Below, piece by piece: positions 1-13,494 of a stretch of DNA of 64,000 nt. The number at the start of each line of letters is the position of its first letter. The stretch's first letter is position 1. Below the pieces are notes generated by a model. It saw only the letters and a program-made list of their open reading frames with translations, was not told the DNA's origin and made no database searches. Both the position numbers and the translations under genes were made by a program. The DNA is from Mytilus edulis (Eukaryota). Where the stretch lies: NCBI RefSeq assembly GCF_963676685.1, contig NC_092347.1:73222001-73286000 (forward strand), in the 5' to 3' direction.

Positions 1-479
1 ATTTCTTAATTAAGGACAGTCAACACAATTCACTGTTAGTTCAAATGGGTTTGCAGATTATTAACACATTTTACAATCTAGTATGCCTTAAGTGGTCTAA
101 CTATTTAAGAAAATTGGAAATGAACTGTACATGTTTCACGGGATTTCGTTTGCAATAGCTGTATAAGTTTAGAGGCGCAGCTTCATTTATAGTGGATGTA
201 GGCACTTATAGTTCTACGTCAGACATCAAACCCTTCATCTTAAACTTTCTAATCCAATCGACAAATTGTTTCTGAATTTTATATTTAAGTTTCCTTGTTT
301 AATATTTCATATACTTGATTGGCCATAGACTTTCAATTATATTTCATTATTAAATAGTATTTACTTGTTTAAATATTTTGTCTTCAAAATACTTACAATA
401 ATCATTAAAATTATTTTTTTGCGGTTAAGAAGACAAATTATAAGATTCAGAATCGAAGTGGGTTTGGTATGCATGCATG

Positions 480-610
480 TCCGGGAATATCGTTGGGAAC
501 ACAAATAGTCAATGACCACCTAGATAAGCGATAGTTTACTCATTCGTGCTAAAAATAGAACAGAATTCCCCGGCCCTGTATACATTGTAGGCTAAATCTA
601 GTATATATGC
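480..610 (+). promoter_or_regulatory. Putative gene 1 promoter: TATA-like TATATAT (602-608) and kB-like sites
   Basis: TATATAT lies 82 nt before the ATG. AGAATTCCCC at 562-571 (reverse GGGGAATTCT) and GGGAATATCG at 483-492 resemble Rel/NF-kB sites. Confidence 0.45.
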
Positions 611-683
611 TAGTTAAAACATTACTTTTCTCATATTTCAATCCTTATATTAATTAGAAATAAGTTTTTCAAGATACAGCAAA

Positions 684-3600
684 ATGATGTTTGATACGAA
701 AATGTCTGCATGCTTTATAACGCATTCTCTTTGCACGATAGGTATGTCTTTAGATTTTCTGCAAAATGCTTAAAAGGTTAAATATCGTTATTTAAAATAT
801 AAAATATAAAATATCTTTAGCCACATTTTTTAAAAATTTCTGATAACACAATCACTAGGTACACGAACTTTTAAAAAGCATTTTGAAATTGTCAACGTTT
901 AAATTAAAGGGCTTGTAGTTTACTCTGCGGGTGAATTTAAATATAACCCTTTAACGTAATGTTTTTCAGCGAATTTTTTATTGAAGATTACAAACATGAT
1001 TGGTTACTAACGTGAATTATATTTCTATTTAACAGCAATTCTTACATCGCTGTTTTCGAGGGTAAAGACAACACCAACAGGCGCCGAGCGATGGCGACAT
1101 CCTTGTGGAATATCCAATACTGACACCAGCCATTTTCCACCCGTACCTACACGACCACTTGTTGAGATTATTACTGGTATGCTAGTATTGATAAAAGAGG
1201 GACAAGAATATTCAAGCAACCTTCAAGAGAAATTTGTAAGTATTTCCTTATAATTTTGCTTAAAACAGTGCTAAATTTCATTTACAAAAGGCGCAGAAAC
1301 ATGTATGCATGTACATGTAAAAGTACTTTTTGACTATCAACTATTATAAATATAGATAACCTTTTTGGGCTTTTTTTTTATATTAAGTCAGTGGGTTGTT
1401 GTATAATGCAGCAAATATTGTAGATGGAAAGTGAAGTGAAACTACTAGTATCGCGCATTTTTGCTAGAAAATCATTCTTACCGTTAATATTTTAAATTAT
1501 TTAAATCCATGTTTAAGGAAATTCATAAGCTATCTTATTCATTTTATCAGTAAAAGAATGTTTAAAAATTCATTCATAAATTTAACTACACGGTCGGTGA
1601 TTTTTCTTTTTAGTTATAGTAAACAATACGAGAAAAATATGTCACTATAATTCTCAGAATACGGAAGTAAAAATTAAGGTGTAAGAAACGTGATCTAATG
1701 ACATATATATCTGGATTTAAAATACAATTCATAACCCGGTTATCGCACTACAACAGCGGACTTGTTTTACGTTATATGAAATTATTTTGTCAAAATATTT
1801 GAAAAAAAAGCGTTAACTAAATTAATTGTCAAATATGAGTACTGAAAAAAGAGAAATAAATTGGTGTTTTGAGTGTTTAATTCTACATATCTATATTAAT
1901 ATATCTCCTTATTTTTAAGTGTCATAATTATAAATCGATATTATCTTGTTTAAATATGTACAGTATGTATTAATACTTGATAAAAGATAAAATTATTAAC
2001 TATTCAATTAACGGATGTAGTTTTTGTGAATAAACAAAAGTGTTACAATCATTTCCATTGGTCAGTTGAATCTTCCCACTTGTGTTCAATATCATCCTCT
2101 TTGATTTTTAGGCCATGGAGCGAGTGCAAAGTATGCGACATGTGGCATTTCTGAATAGCCTTCATCATGATGGATTTCCAAATGTTAAAACTGCGACGGA
2201 AGGGGATATACAAAATTCCGTAATCAATGTAAGTTTACATTATTATTGAAAAGTATATTCTAATAACAATGTTTATCTTTAAAAATGAATTAAGGAATAT
2301 TATTATCTTTAAAAACGCCAAATTGAATCTTTTCGTTTCAATTTTATGTTGTTGATAAGTGTTGGCAATGTTTGAATAAATATATACAGCACGTTATTGT
2401 TATCGAAGGGGAAGTTACCAAGGGTCAAATTCCAAAAATGACAATAGAAAATGGGAAATCCTGCAAAATATGCTTAACTTTGAAAAAAATCAAATTTCCC
2501 AGTATACTATGATCATGATTATGCTCTATGTACTAAACATAAAGTACATATACAATACCTAAACATATATACAATACAAACGAATTTTTCTATCGATTCA
2601 TTACCCTAAAAAAAAATAATACAATATCAAAACGTTCACATTACAAGTGTATATTCAAATCTTCATGCGTACCTTTATGACGAATGCAACTTTAAAACCA
2701 AGAATTCTATGCTCTTTAGAGCTATCGTCGATACTTCGATTTTAATCATTCTTTACAAAATTGAGAGACATGTAGAAAACAAGATGGTTGGTTGATAAAT
2801 AAGTCTCCTACAAGTTGCTTCCAGCTATGCATTATATTATTACTCTATATATAGGTAATTATTCTCTATGCTTCATATTTTTAAAGTACCTTGTTATTCT
2901 ACAAGTTGCTACCAGCTATGCATTATATTATTACTCTATATATAGGTAATTATTCTCTATGCTTCATATTTTTAAAGTACCTTGTTATTCTACAAGTTGC
3001 TACCAGCTATGCATTATATTATTACTCTATATATAGGTAATTATTCTCTATGCTTTATATTTTTAAAGTACCTTGTTATTCTACAAGTTGCTACCAGCTA
3101 TGCATTATATTATTACTCTATATATAGGTAATTATTCTCTATGCTTCATATTTTTAAAGTACCCTGTTATTCTTTATTCTCTAATTTTTTAGTTCATTTT
3201 CCTCTATTCTTTTTTTTAATCCATAATTATCTATTCTTTAAAACCCTATCCACAAACTCTTTACTAACACAATTTCTACGTTGTATGTATTTATAATTTG
3301 TTTTTGATATGTAAACAATCTTACAATGACAGAATGATTACTAATGTATTTTTTTATTATTATTTCAGGTACCGAAAACTCATTTAGACAGCTACAGAAC
3401 TTTAGCAATTGCTTTGGTCTTCATCGAAAAGATGAAGTTTGACGAAGATATATACGAAAACAAAAAATATTCCAATGAAATTCTTATTATGGAATCGAAA
3501 CTTTACGACATCCTCTGTCATATGGATGAAGTTATAAGCACAAATGGAGACAGCATTGAACACGTGACACGTGAAGTTATGAGCAGGGAACTGCGCGCGC

Positions 3601-3719
3601 ATTCGGAAAGAACAACCCGTTTCGCTCGAGATTACATAACAGTGAAAGATACTTCTAAAATCATGGACTATTTAATTGTTCAATACTCAGCTTTAAAAAA
3701 TCATATCCAAGAAAGCTAA
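684..3719 (+). CDS. Gene 1: secreted helical cytokine-like protein (Unpaired/IL-6-like candidate), 4 exons, 241 aa
   Basis: Exons 684-741, 1036-1235, 2112-2228 and 3369-3719 are all GT-AG bounded (phases 1,0,0) and join into one 726-nt ORF: MMFDTKMSACFITHSLCTIAILTSLFSRVKT/TPTGAERWRHPCGISNTDTSHFPPVPTRPLVEIITGMLVLIKEGQEYSSNLQEKFAMERVQSMRHVAFLNSLHHDGFPNVKTATEGDIQNSVINVPKTHLDSYRTLAIALVFIEKMKFDEDIYENKKYSNEILIMESKLYDILCHMDEVISTNGDSIEHVTREVMSRELRAHSERTTRFARDYITVKDTSKIMDYLIVQYSALKNHIQES*. It has a hydrophobic signal peptide, an alternative in-frame ATG at 702 and four amphipathic segments. The gene model is well supported; the family call is inferred. Confidence 0.88.
2808..3171. repeat. Intronic minisatellite, 4 x 91 bp
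   Basis: Near-identical units CTACAAGTTGCT...CTTGTTATT start at 2808, 2899, 2990 and 3081, inside gene 1 intron 3. Confidence 0.95.
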
Positions 3720-4149
3720 GAAAATCAACAGCTTATTCAATCTTGAGGTAAATCAAGAGGAACTCGAGTAGATTATATTAATCAACTGTAAGTGGTGTCC
3801 ACTATATTGTGTTGTGATATTTACGTATGTGCTTTGGAATTATAGTTCGCCTTTTATGCTGACGCTATAAGAAGTTTCATATATATATACAACATTCTAA
3901 GTAGAATTTCCGTTTAAACGACGATGACAATCCGATGTTTTCATTTGAGAGAATGAGATATAGTTGAGATGAACGAATTTCCAAAGTATAATACATAATC
4001 TATAATTTACTCTTTACATGAAAGTTTAATGGGTTCTGTGATAATTGTATATCTGTGACTGTGATACATGTTAAATTCTGGGCATTAGGTTTTGAAATTT
4101 ACATCATTTTTTTATATTGTATTGTTTTAATATTGTTTTATCGTTAGTC

Positions 4150-4155
4150 AATAAA
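4150..4155 (+). terminator. Candidate polyadenylation signal of gene 1
   Basis: AATAAA about 430 nt after the stop codon, just before the first repeat insertion. Confidence 0.5.
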
Positions 4156-4220
4156 CTTACATATTATACCTACTCTGAGTGTTCTCATTACCAAACAAAG
4201 TGCATGAATATTAAACATAT

Positions 4221-4605
4221 AAAAAAGAAGATGTGGTATGATTGCCAATGAGACAACTATCCACAAAAGACCAAAATGACACAGACATTAACAACTATAG
4301 GTCACCGTACGGCCTTCAACAATGAGCAAAGCCCATACCGCATAGTCAGCTATAAAAGGCCCCGATAAGACACTGTAAAACAATTCAAACGAGAAATCTC
4401 ACGGCCTTATTTATGTAAAAAAAATGAACGAAAAACAAATATGTAACACATAAACAAACGACAACCACTGAATTACAGGCTCCTGACTTGGGACAGGCAC
4501 ATACATAAATAATGTGGCGGGGTTAAACAGTACAACATAAGAACGAACTATAAAAATCAGTTGAAAAAGGCTTAACTCATCAGATGGACAAAAATACAAG
4601 TGGAT
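4221..4605 (-). mobile_element. Interspersed repeat family A (3' end of a Penelope-like element)
   Basis: AAGAAGATGTGGTATGATTGCCAATGAGACAACT... recurs at about 7430-7978, 16980-17355 (opposite orientation), 29478-30150, 33375-33490, 44645-45040 and 52095-52255 (opposite). At 29478 it is contiguous with the 3' side of a minus-strand PLE RT. Confidence 0.8.
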
Positions 4606-5564
4606 GCATGTATGGACATATGAATACACATTCTAAGCTAATTTATACTTTCGCCAATTGTTTGCTTTCTTTATAAATAGGTTTGGTTGATCTTAGTTTT
4701 TCCTTGGTCAAATTAAATTACAACATCGTATATTTCTCGCCACCTTTTAATTTTTCTATTGAGACAAAAAACCAACCTCGACTGAAAACGCAAGATATTT
4801 ATAACAAAAAAGATACAAAAAAGACATTATCATACTACATTCTATATCAAAGATCTTAAAACAGTTGTTTCCATTGATGTTGAGCAAAAGTGTGAAATTT
4901 AAAAATCACTTTGAAAATATTCTGTATTGTTCTAACCAAAACTTTAAAAAAAAATTATATCATATTGGCATAGGACTATTCTCCTGAAGCATCGTCTATT
5001 GTATGGTAAATGTTAAGTTAAAAACTGGTAAGGCTCTTTAAAAACTGGGATACATTATCAATAATTTATGTTGTCTGTCCGCCTGTCAGTTGGGCGGATA
5101 CATTTTAGTTTCAACCCGTCCTTAAGAAATACAATTTATAATATCAGGTTCTGAGAACGCAATCTCCCAAATTGAAATAAGCTGGTGAAAGAGTTATTGA
5201 ACGTAGTACTGTATGTATAAAAATGAATATTTAAAAAGTTACCCGTATTCCAACTTCACGAAATATTTACACAAACTTATTCCCATAAAGACAATTCAAA
5301 CATTTCCGTACAATGTATACCACGTTTTGTGAAGCTTATCTCTGTGAAAAATATACGGTAGCAGGTAAAACTGCCAATTTTTCCAAGTTTATAACAGTTG
5401 TTTGAATTTTATGTAGAGAAAATGGAGACAAGAAACCAAGGGAAGGAAAATAAATATGCAGAAAAAACATCATCAAAACAAAAAGACAATAGTGACACAA
5501 ACTTAACAACAAATAATAATTAATTCAGATGCCCGTTAAAGGCAAGCAATGTCTGGTTCATTAG

Positions 5565-8500
5565 GGGTGTTGCTAAACGGCGGAAACGGAAAACGGAACG
5601 GAATACGGAACGGAAACAGTAAACGGAAACAGAAAGAATTAACATCTTTTCTTTTTGTTAATTTTATCTACATCGGCATGTTTTATATAGTATTTCACAT
5701 GTTCACAAGAAAAAAAACCCCAGAGGAATGAATTTAAAAGAAAAGATTTCAAAGCATAACGTATTGAAATAATTACCAGGAGATGATGAGACTATGTTTT
5801 TGAAATATTTGATAAAGTCATGTGTACATAGTTCATGCGATTCAGGATAGTCTGTTCGACTTTTCTTTTCTTTTTTAAATTTTGATCAATTTCAATAAGA
5901 TAGCAACCCAACAACACGAAACAAATCTCTATGGGCCTATAAAGGATTGACATCGGCCTTGATTCTATAAATCGAATGTGAAGTAATAAATTTGGGGGAA
6001 ATCCTTTGCATCAGTTTTCTTCTTTGTTTTTTTTAATTGCCTTGAAACAAAATTAGTGATGTGGTGTATCTTGTTGCGTTGTTCTGCATTGGTGATTTTC
6101 GTTGTATCTTTTCTTGTATAATGGAAAGAAAACCTAAAAGAAACCTAATAGGACAATGGTGTATCATGGACAAAATCCGATATGGAAACTACAATAGAAA
6201 CTTGTATATACTTTAGTTTTATGAAGAAAAAAAAATGACAAAATCTCTAACTATACAAAGCCTTTCTCAACATTTACAATACTCAAGGATTTGTATAGTA
6301 AATCCTTGCAATACTGATGTATGTTTAGTGTTTGGTATTTACATAGGAAAAGCATTATATCTCCTATAATTTAAATCAATTAATACGAATTGATGTGCAA
6401 AAAGTGGCGAACAATTAGTAGCCTACATGGATATATACTATTTGCACACTGCCCTCACGAAGTTTTTCGTAGTCATGTTCCAAGTTTTTCAAAAACAAAT
6501 TGTTCACGCTACTTTTTAAATATATATGTATCTTGCTTAATTCTTCTCTGAAAATTCAATATCTCTCAAGTAGCCGTGAATTTTGTTTCATAATATTATG
6601 TTAAGTGAAAATAGTGTCACTAATTCAGTATTCTGTTTTACTATATTTATAGAAGAAAACATCCAGAAAGATAGGCGGAAAATACCAAAGGGTTATTCAA
6701 ACTCAGAAGTCGAAAACAAACCGTCAACGCCATTACTAAAAAAAAAAAAAGGCCAAAAAGACCAAAAGACAAACAGACAAACAATTGTACACAAAACACA
6801 ACATATAAACTAAAGGCTGAGCAACACGAACCCTACCAAAAACTTGGGGTGATCTCAGCTACTCCGGAAGGGTAAATTGATTCAACTGCACATGTTACAC
6901 CCGTTAACATAGACATATTCATTCACACAAGAGGAATATTGAAATTTGAAAGTTACTTTTAATTTTGGTAGTTTTTAATGATTTTGGTGCTATGTCAAGT
7001 TAACTGAAAACTCATTCTGCTCAGTTCTTTTTTTATGACGGAAATGATACTTTATTTCACACTACGAATCTGATCATTTTGATGTTTCTATTGGCTATAC
7101 ACCCGATTTTTTCAAGATATCACTGATATCATTTACTTAATAACACATGACCAGAACAGTTCCTTGAGATACCCCAGAATCAACGGTCTGTTGGACCTGT
7201 TTGATCATGATGTTGTTAAATTTACCACGACTCTTTGCTTGCGGAAGCATAGGAATGAGTAAATCAAACATTGCATGTGTTTTACCTGGTTTCCTGTAGC
7301 TGTGTAATTTTGATTTAATAGTTTATATGGGGCGTTTTCAAAATATGAAATAAATATATCTGTAAGGTGTTCTTAACGATTTTTTTGGCGCAATACATGT
7401 AATTGCAACTGCGACATTAACGTAAATATATAAAAAGAAGATGTGGTATGATTGCCAATGAGACAACTCTCCACAAGAGACCAAAATGACACAGAAATTA
7501 ATAACTATAGGTCACCGTACGGCCTTCAACAATGAGCAAAGCCCATACCGCATAGTCAGCTATAAATGGCCTCGATATGAAAATGTAAAACAATTCAAAC
7601 GAGAAAACTAACGGCCTTATTTATGTACAAAAAATGAACGAAAAACAAATATGTAACACATAAACATACAACAACCACTGAATTACAGGCTACTGACTTT
7701 GGACAGGCACATACATACAGAATGTGGTGGGGTTAAACATATTAGTAGGATCCCAACCCTCCCCCTAATCTGGGACAGTGGTATTACATTACAACATAAG
7801 AACGAACTATAAAAATCAGTTGAAAAGGCTTAACTCACTAGATGGACACAAATACACTTGAAGTGGACGTGGCCGGGTACTTGTACATCCCAACAGCAAA
7901 AAGACGCTAGGTTGTACTCGCAGTTAACTACCAGCTAGTTCAAAGCCACGAACAACCAACAAAAGATCATGCATCTATGACGTAACCATTGATGGTACTA
8001 TAATAATCTAGACGATACCGCATTATGTTGGAGCATACTATATTTTGCAGCATCCTGCATTGAATGCATGTTTGAGATACTTGAATAGCGGAAATGCACA
8101 AATGTCTCCAGACCTGTTGTCCATTCATCACGTATCATGTTGGAATTGATGATTGTTGAAAAAATGGTGAATAATAATATGATAGCTGCTAATTCATTTT
8201 ATATATTTTTTTTTAAATTCTATTACCTATTTCGTCTGGCCCTCATACTTTTTATGTATTGAATCAATATTCTAATTTTGTTTTCGTCCATACTTAAGTT
8301 ATTATGTCTTTCCAATTTGGATGTAACGGTGTATTTAGTGGTACATATTTAGTTGATGTCTTCTTAGTTGATACAATTATAGTGATATATTCATTCAATG
8401 TTTTTGCTCTGTCATGGTCGTTTTCTGCTAGTACTAAGACCTGCTTTAGTCTTTAGCGGTATATTTTGAGAGTTCTTTTTTTAACTGACCTGGCCCTGCT

Positions 8501-9348
8501 AAGTGAGCTTTTCTCATCACTTGGCGTTCGTCGTCCGATTTTCGTCTTTGTTAACTTTTACAAAATGTCTCAGTCTCTGAAACTACATAGCCAAATGTTA
8601 TTGAACATATGTCTTTTAAGGAGTCGCCCGACAGTTTTGGTTAATTTTTGCAACAATTATCATCGGTGTATCTAGTTTAAAAACTGTGTGAAAAACATGT
8701 CTAATCTGTCATCGGACTCGGACTTCTTTTAAAATTAGGTTTGCTGTGTATTGCTTCATATGTGTTTCTTAATTCTACATTGGCTAGAGGTATAGGGGGA
8801 GGGTTGGGATCTCACAAAATAAGTTTACCCCCCCCCCCCCCCCCCCTCCGCATTTTTTCGCCTGTTCCAATTTCAGGAATTTCTTACCTTTGTTAGTCTA
8901 GTTTATATGTTTTGGAATTTAGTGTGTGACGCCAATTTTCACTGAACTAGTACACAATTTTATTTAGGGGCCAGCTGATACCACCTCCGGGTGCGTTGAA
9001 GACCAATTGGTGGCCTTCTGATGTTGTCTGGTCTTTCATCGGGTTGTTGCTTCTTTGACATTTTTCATTCTCAATTTCATTAGAATGTTGAGCTCTACCT
9101 TAAGTCCATTCACGTCAAAACGGTCAAATGACTAGGAGTTATCGACCTTATTTGACAAATTTTCTCACTTACATGTTCGCCTGTTATATTGAAATATATG
9201 ATAAATAGATAGAAACTTTTAATAGCAAAAATTACCAGCAAGATCTATTGATGTTCTTTTTTCCCTCCCCTTAAATTCCGTCTATATAAAAATTTCTTTC
9301 CGTTTCCGTTTCCATTCTGTTTTCCGTTTCCGCCGTTAAGCAACACCC
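5565..9348. mobile_element. Non-autonomous Mutator-like DNA transposon with nested repeats
   Basis: Terminal inverted repeats GGGTGTTGCT(A/T)AACGGCGGAAACGG(AAA) with ACGGA-rich subterminal repeats. It is flanked by an exact 10-bp direct repeat GGTTCATTAG (5555-5564 and 9349-9358). No transposase ORF is visible. Confidence 0.8.
8700..9075. mobile_element. Interspersed repeat family C
   Basis: Reverse complement of the 59293-59940 element (AAAATTGAGAATGGAAATGGGGAATGTG...). Other copies are at about 12558-12640, 28145-28555 and 49080-49365. Confidence 0.7.
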
Positions 9349-10557
9349 GGTTCATTAGAGGTAATTGTTGTTTTTCAAATAAAAAAAAACCCTGATGATT
9401 TTTCCACATTCGAGGAAAAGACAAGATTGTGCTACGATATGTTAAACAGTTCTGAAACACTTGTGACAGATAATGCTGTTATATTTCATAACGGTCGACC
9501 GAATCAATATGGCGTTTTTACAGTTACACTGCTCGTTGGGATGACTTCATCTTTACAAAAGAAATGTCTTAATAGCTTCTTTTTTAAGTAACAACCCTCT
9601 AGTGAAAACCCCAGAATACCATAGACATTTTTTACATATATAAAGTAGCTACAAAGGGGACAGGTTTTATTATATAAAATAATAGGTTGACGTCACAACA
9701 ACGTGTAACGCTTTGACAACGAACATATTCATCAATTATCTTGCTGCATTCTTACATCAAGTTGCGGTCACATCAATTTGAAACTTAGAACATCATATGT
9801 TCATTTAAATTGATATGCAAAATTGCGGTTTACCATAATTAACCTGTAAATATAAATGAGTGTTATGGGGAAAAATATATATTACCTCGTATCGTATGGA
9901 AAAACACCGAGGAGTCCGAACATTTGACACACATTCCAAAAGCTCACCTAAGTACATCCTTAAGACATGGATTGTTTTCTAAAGTTTGGAAACAACATGC
10001 AGCGACTATTTTCTAGTTTGTCTACTTTGTTGTAAAGAATGTTATGCTTCTCTTTTATATTCTATTAGGTTGTTTATATATTTAATAAAGCTATGCGTTT
10101 TGTATTAAAATGTGCTGACGTTAAATGCTTTGACACTCACATGAAATTACAAGAAAGAAGCATTAAATTCATTTACATGTGTATGCTACAACGAATGAAT
10201 CGTATGAAACTTTTAGACTATCGATATCTGTCAGTTTTATTTTTGCTGAGGACGCGACCGTTTATTTTAGATAAGTCGATGTTGTGCGTCAGTTGGAAAT
10301 TTACGTGAAGAATTTAATTACAAAATAGATGTCGTATGCACCATACTGTATTATTGCATGTAACATATTCATCTTGCTATATTCTAACATCAAATTGTGG
10401 TCACATCAATTTGAAACTTAGTACGTCATAATTATGTTCATTTAAATTGATATCCAAAATTGTGGTTTACCATGATTAAACCATGATTAAACGGTTTACT
10501 GAACATGGAAATGTGATCGAGTAATGATGTCATATTGACACCGATTATTGTTTTCGT

Positions 10558-11710
10558 TTTTAGCTCACCTGACCTGAAAGGTCAAGTGAGCTTTTCTCAT
10601 CACTTGGCGTCCGTCGTCCGTGGTACGGCGTCCGTCGTCCGTAAACTTTTAAAAAAATCTTCTCCTCTCAAACTAATCAGCCAAATTTAACCAAACTTGG
10701 CCACAATCATCATTGGGGTATCTTGTTTAAAAAATGTGTCCGGTGACCCGGCCAACCAACCAACCAAGCTAATTAAAACATAGAACATAGGGGTAAAATG
10801 CAGTTTTTGGCTTATAACTCAAAAACCAAAGCATTTAGAGCAAATCCGACTGACATACAATTGTTTATCAGGTCAATTTTGCAGTTTTTGGTTATTATCT
10901 TTAATATTATTATAGATAGAGATAAACTGTAATCAGCAATAATGTTCAGCAAAATAAGATCTACAAATAAGTCAACATGACCAAAATTGTCAGTTGACCC
11001 CTTTAGGAGTTATTACCCTTTATAGTCAATTTTTAACCATTGTTCTAAAATTTATGTATTCTTTTAAAAAATCTTCTTCTCTGAAACTACCTGGCCAAAT
11101 TTAACCAAACTTAGCCACAATATTTAATGGGGTATCTAGTTTAAAAAATGTGTGGCGTGACCTTGCCAATCAACCAAGATGGCCGCCATGGCTAAAAATA
11201 GAACAAAGGGGTAAAATGTAGATTTTGGCTTATAGCTCTGAAACCAAAGCATTAAGAGCAAATCTGACTGGGGCTAAATTGTTTATCAGGTCAAGATCTA
11301 TCTGCTCTGAAATTTTCCGACAAACAGACAAACCGTTGTTGGGTTGCTGCCCCAGAATTAGTAATTTAAAGGAAATTTTGCAGTTTTTGGTTATTATCTT
11401 GAATATTATTATAGATAGAGTACTGTTAACTGCAATAATGTTCAGCAAAGTAAGATCTACAAATAAGGCAAACATGACCAAAATTGTCAATTGACCCCTG
11501 TAGGAGTTATTGCCCTTTATATTCATTTTTTAACCATTTTCATAAATTTTTTGTAAATTTTTGTAAATTTTTAGAAAATATTTTCCGCTGTTATTACTGG
11601 GCAAAGTTCATTATAGATTTTAGAGATAATTGTAGCAACAAGAATGTTCCGTAAAGTTAGATCTACAAACACATTACGATCACCAAATTTTAAACATAAT
11701 TTTGTCATGA
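10558..11710 (+). mobile_element. Helentron-associated (pearl/MgE/DINE-1-like) non-autonomous element with internal tandem repeats
   Basis: Starts TTTTAGCTCACCTGACCTGAAAGGTCAAGTGAGC (subterminal inverted repeat), then a (CGTC)n microsatellite, then about 2 copies of a 410-500 bp core. A partial copy is at about 8480-8690. Confidence 0.7.
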
Positions 11711-13335
11711 ATTTATCTGTCTCTATTGTCTCTATTGTTTAATATCGTTTAAATCTCCAAATTGAACGTATATTTTATTCTTGAACTGATACAGAAACAA
11801 ATATGTAACAAATTTGGTTTGAAGTCCTTAAAAACTACAAATATACAAGACATATACTAAACATAACCGTTCAAATACCACGATAACAATCAATCATAAT
11901 CACAAATAAGCATTTACGGCTCGCGAAATTTAACATTCTCTCGACTGGTATTTTTCGCAAATACCCCTCCTTAACATGGTATATCCTATCGATCTGTCGT
12001 GGACCAAAATTACCACTGTAATTGACGTCAACGTTGACGCTATAGAGATTACACATATGTTTGTGTTTCAAATGACCAATAAACATAACCGAAAGCGACA
12101 ACCATGCCTGAAAAGTTTGTGACTTTGGACATATACATTAAGGTCGAAAAATAACACTTTAGTTCTCTAGTATTGATATAGTATATATAACCGTCCGTTG
12201 TTATAATTATTATGGTCTGATTAAGAAGGGAAAAAAATACAAGGAGGATTTTCTTTATCGGATATTTATTTTGTAAACTAAGAGGACAGATTAATTTTTT
12301 TCTCTGCACTGTTTTTTCATTTTTTCAAGGTTTTTCATTTTCATTAAAACAAGGGACTGATTATTTATTTTCACAACTATATTTATAATATTGTAAAACA
12401 TACAACTTTTAAATTCATTTTTTTTTTATTATTATTAATTATAATACATGGTAAGTCAAGTCATTATGTACCATTTAATCAGAAATAATCATCATCTGTG
12501 GAAATGCATCTGCTGAATTCCAAACAGTATATATAAGTATTGAATTTAAAAAGGCATCACCTGTTGGTGACCTTCTGCTGTTGTCTTCTCTATGGTCGGG
12601 TTGTTGTCTCTTTGACACATTCCCCATTTCCATTCTCAATTTTTAAAAAAATTCTCAAAAGTTTGGCTGTAATTAGCCTGGTTTAAAAGTATTACAAAAC
12701 ATTTATCCTGCAATTGGGTGTTCTACTATACAGATACAGCCCTACAGATATCGCTATGTATACTATACAGATATCGCTTTAACGCTCTGCCCACTTCCGG
12801 ACTGAGTATTATGAACCTGCGTGACCTCAGAATGTGTATTGTAGTCGCATTCCAATGACGTATTAATTACGAATTAAGGATTACTTTTATACGTTTCTGA
12901 TAACATACACACATGAAGCAGCAGTTTTTTCTACGATGACAACTATCGATTTCAAAACTTGAATGTGTATAATTGTGTAACAAAAACAACCATGTCAATT
13001 TCAGCATGCATGTTTAGTGAATGTCGAGTCTGAAACGTAGGAAAACTCGTACACTCCTGTTTCAAATTAGACAATGTTTTGTTATTATTTTGATTTTACT
13101 GTTAAAATTAGTTAAATGTTATGTTGAAATAGATAATTATCAACCTTGAGCGATGTATTAATGTTGACCATTCGAGATTCTTTTTTCGCGAACCCGTCTT
13201 CAGCTGAATGCGTGATTACTGTATCGTATACTGTATCGTATTACTACAATGGATTTAAAATCGAAAATAAATGCCAAACATGTGTTTTTGTGTTTTTCAA
13301 AACACAAATACTATACAGAATTAATTGCAGGATAA

Positions 13336-13494
13336 AGACAATAACTGTTTAGTGTCTTTAAATATCAGCTGTATTTGTACTCGGCTCGAAACAGGTGTAA
13401 TAGTTCGCTAAAAGCTTGCATATACATATGTACCTTGCTTCCTAGCCTCGTACTAATACAGCTGATATTTAGAGACACTAAACAGTTATTGTCT
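13336..13494. mobile_element. Palindromic MITE-like element
   Basis: AGACAATAACTGTTTAGTGTCTTTAAATATCAGCTGTATT is inverted as AATACAGCTGATATTTAGAGACACTAAACAGTTATTGTCT. Confidence 0.7.

Noticed and set aside
11225-11526. Overlapping 89-98 aa ORFs on both strands (and most other 60-120 aa ORFs in the track)
   Set aside because: They fall within repeats, often use non-ATG starts, and show AT-driven composition without splice or homology support.
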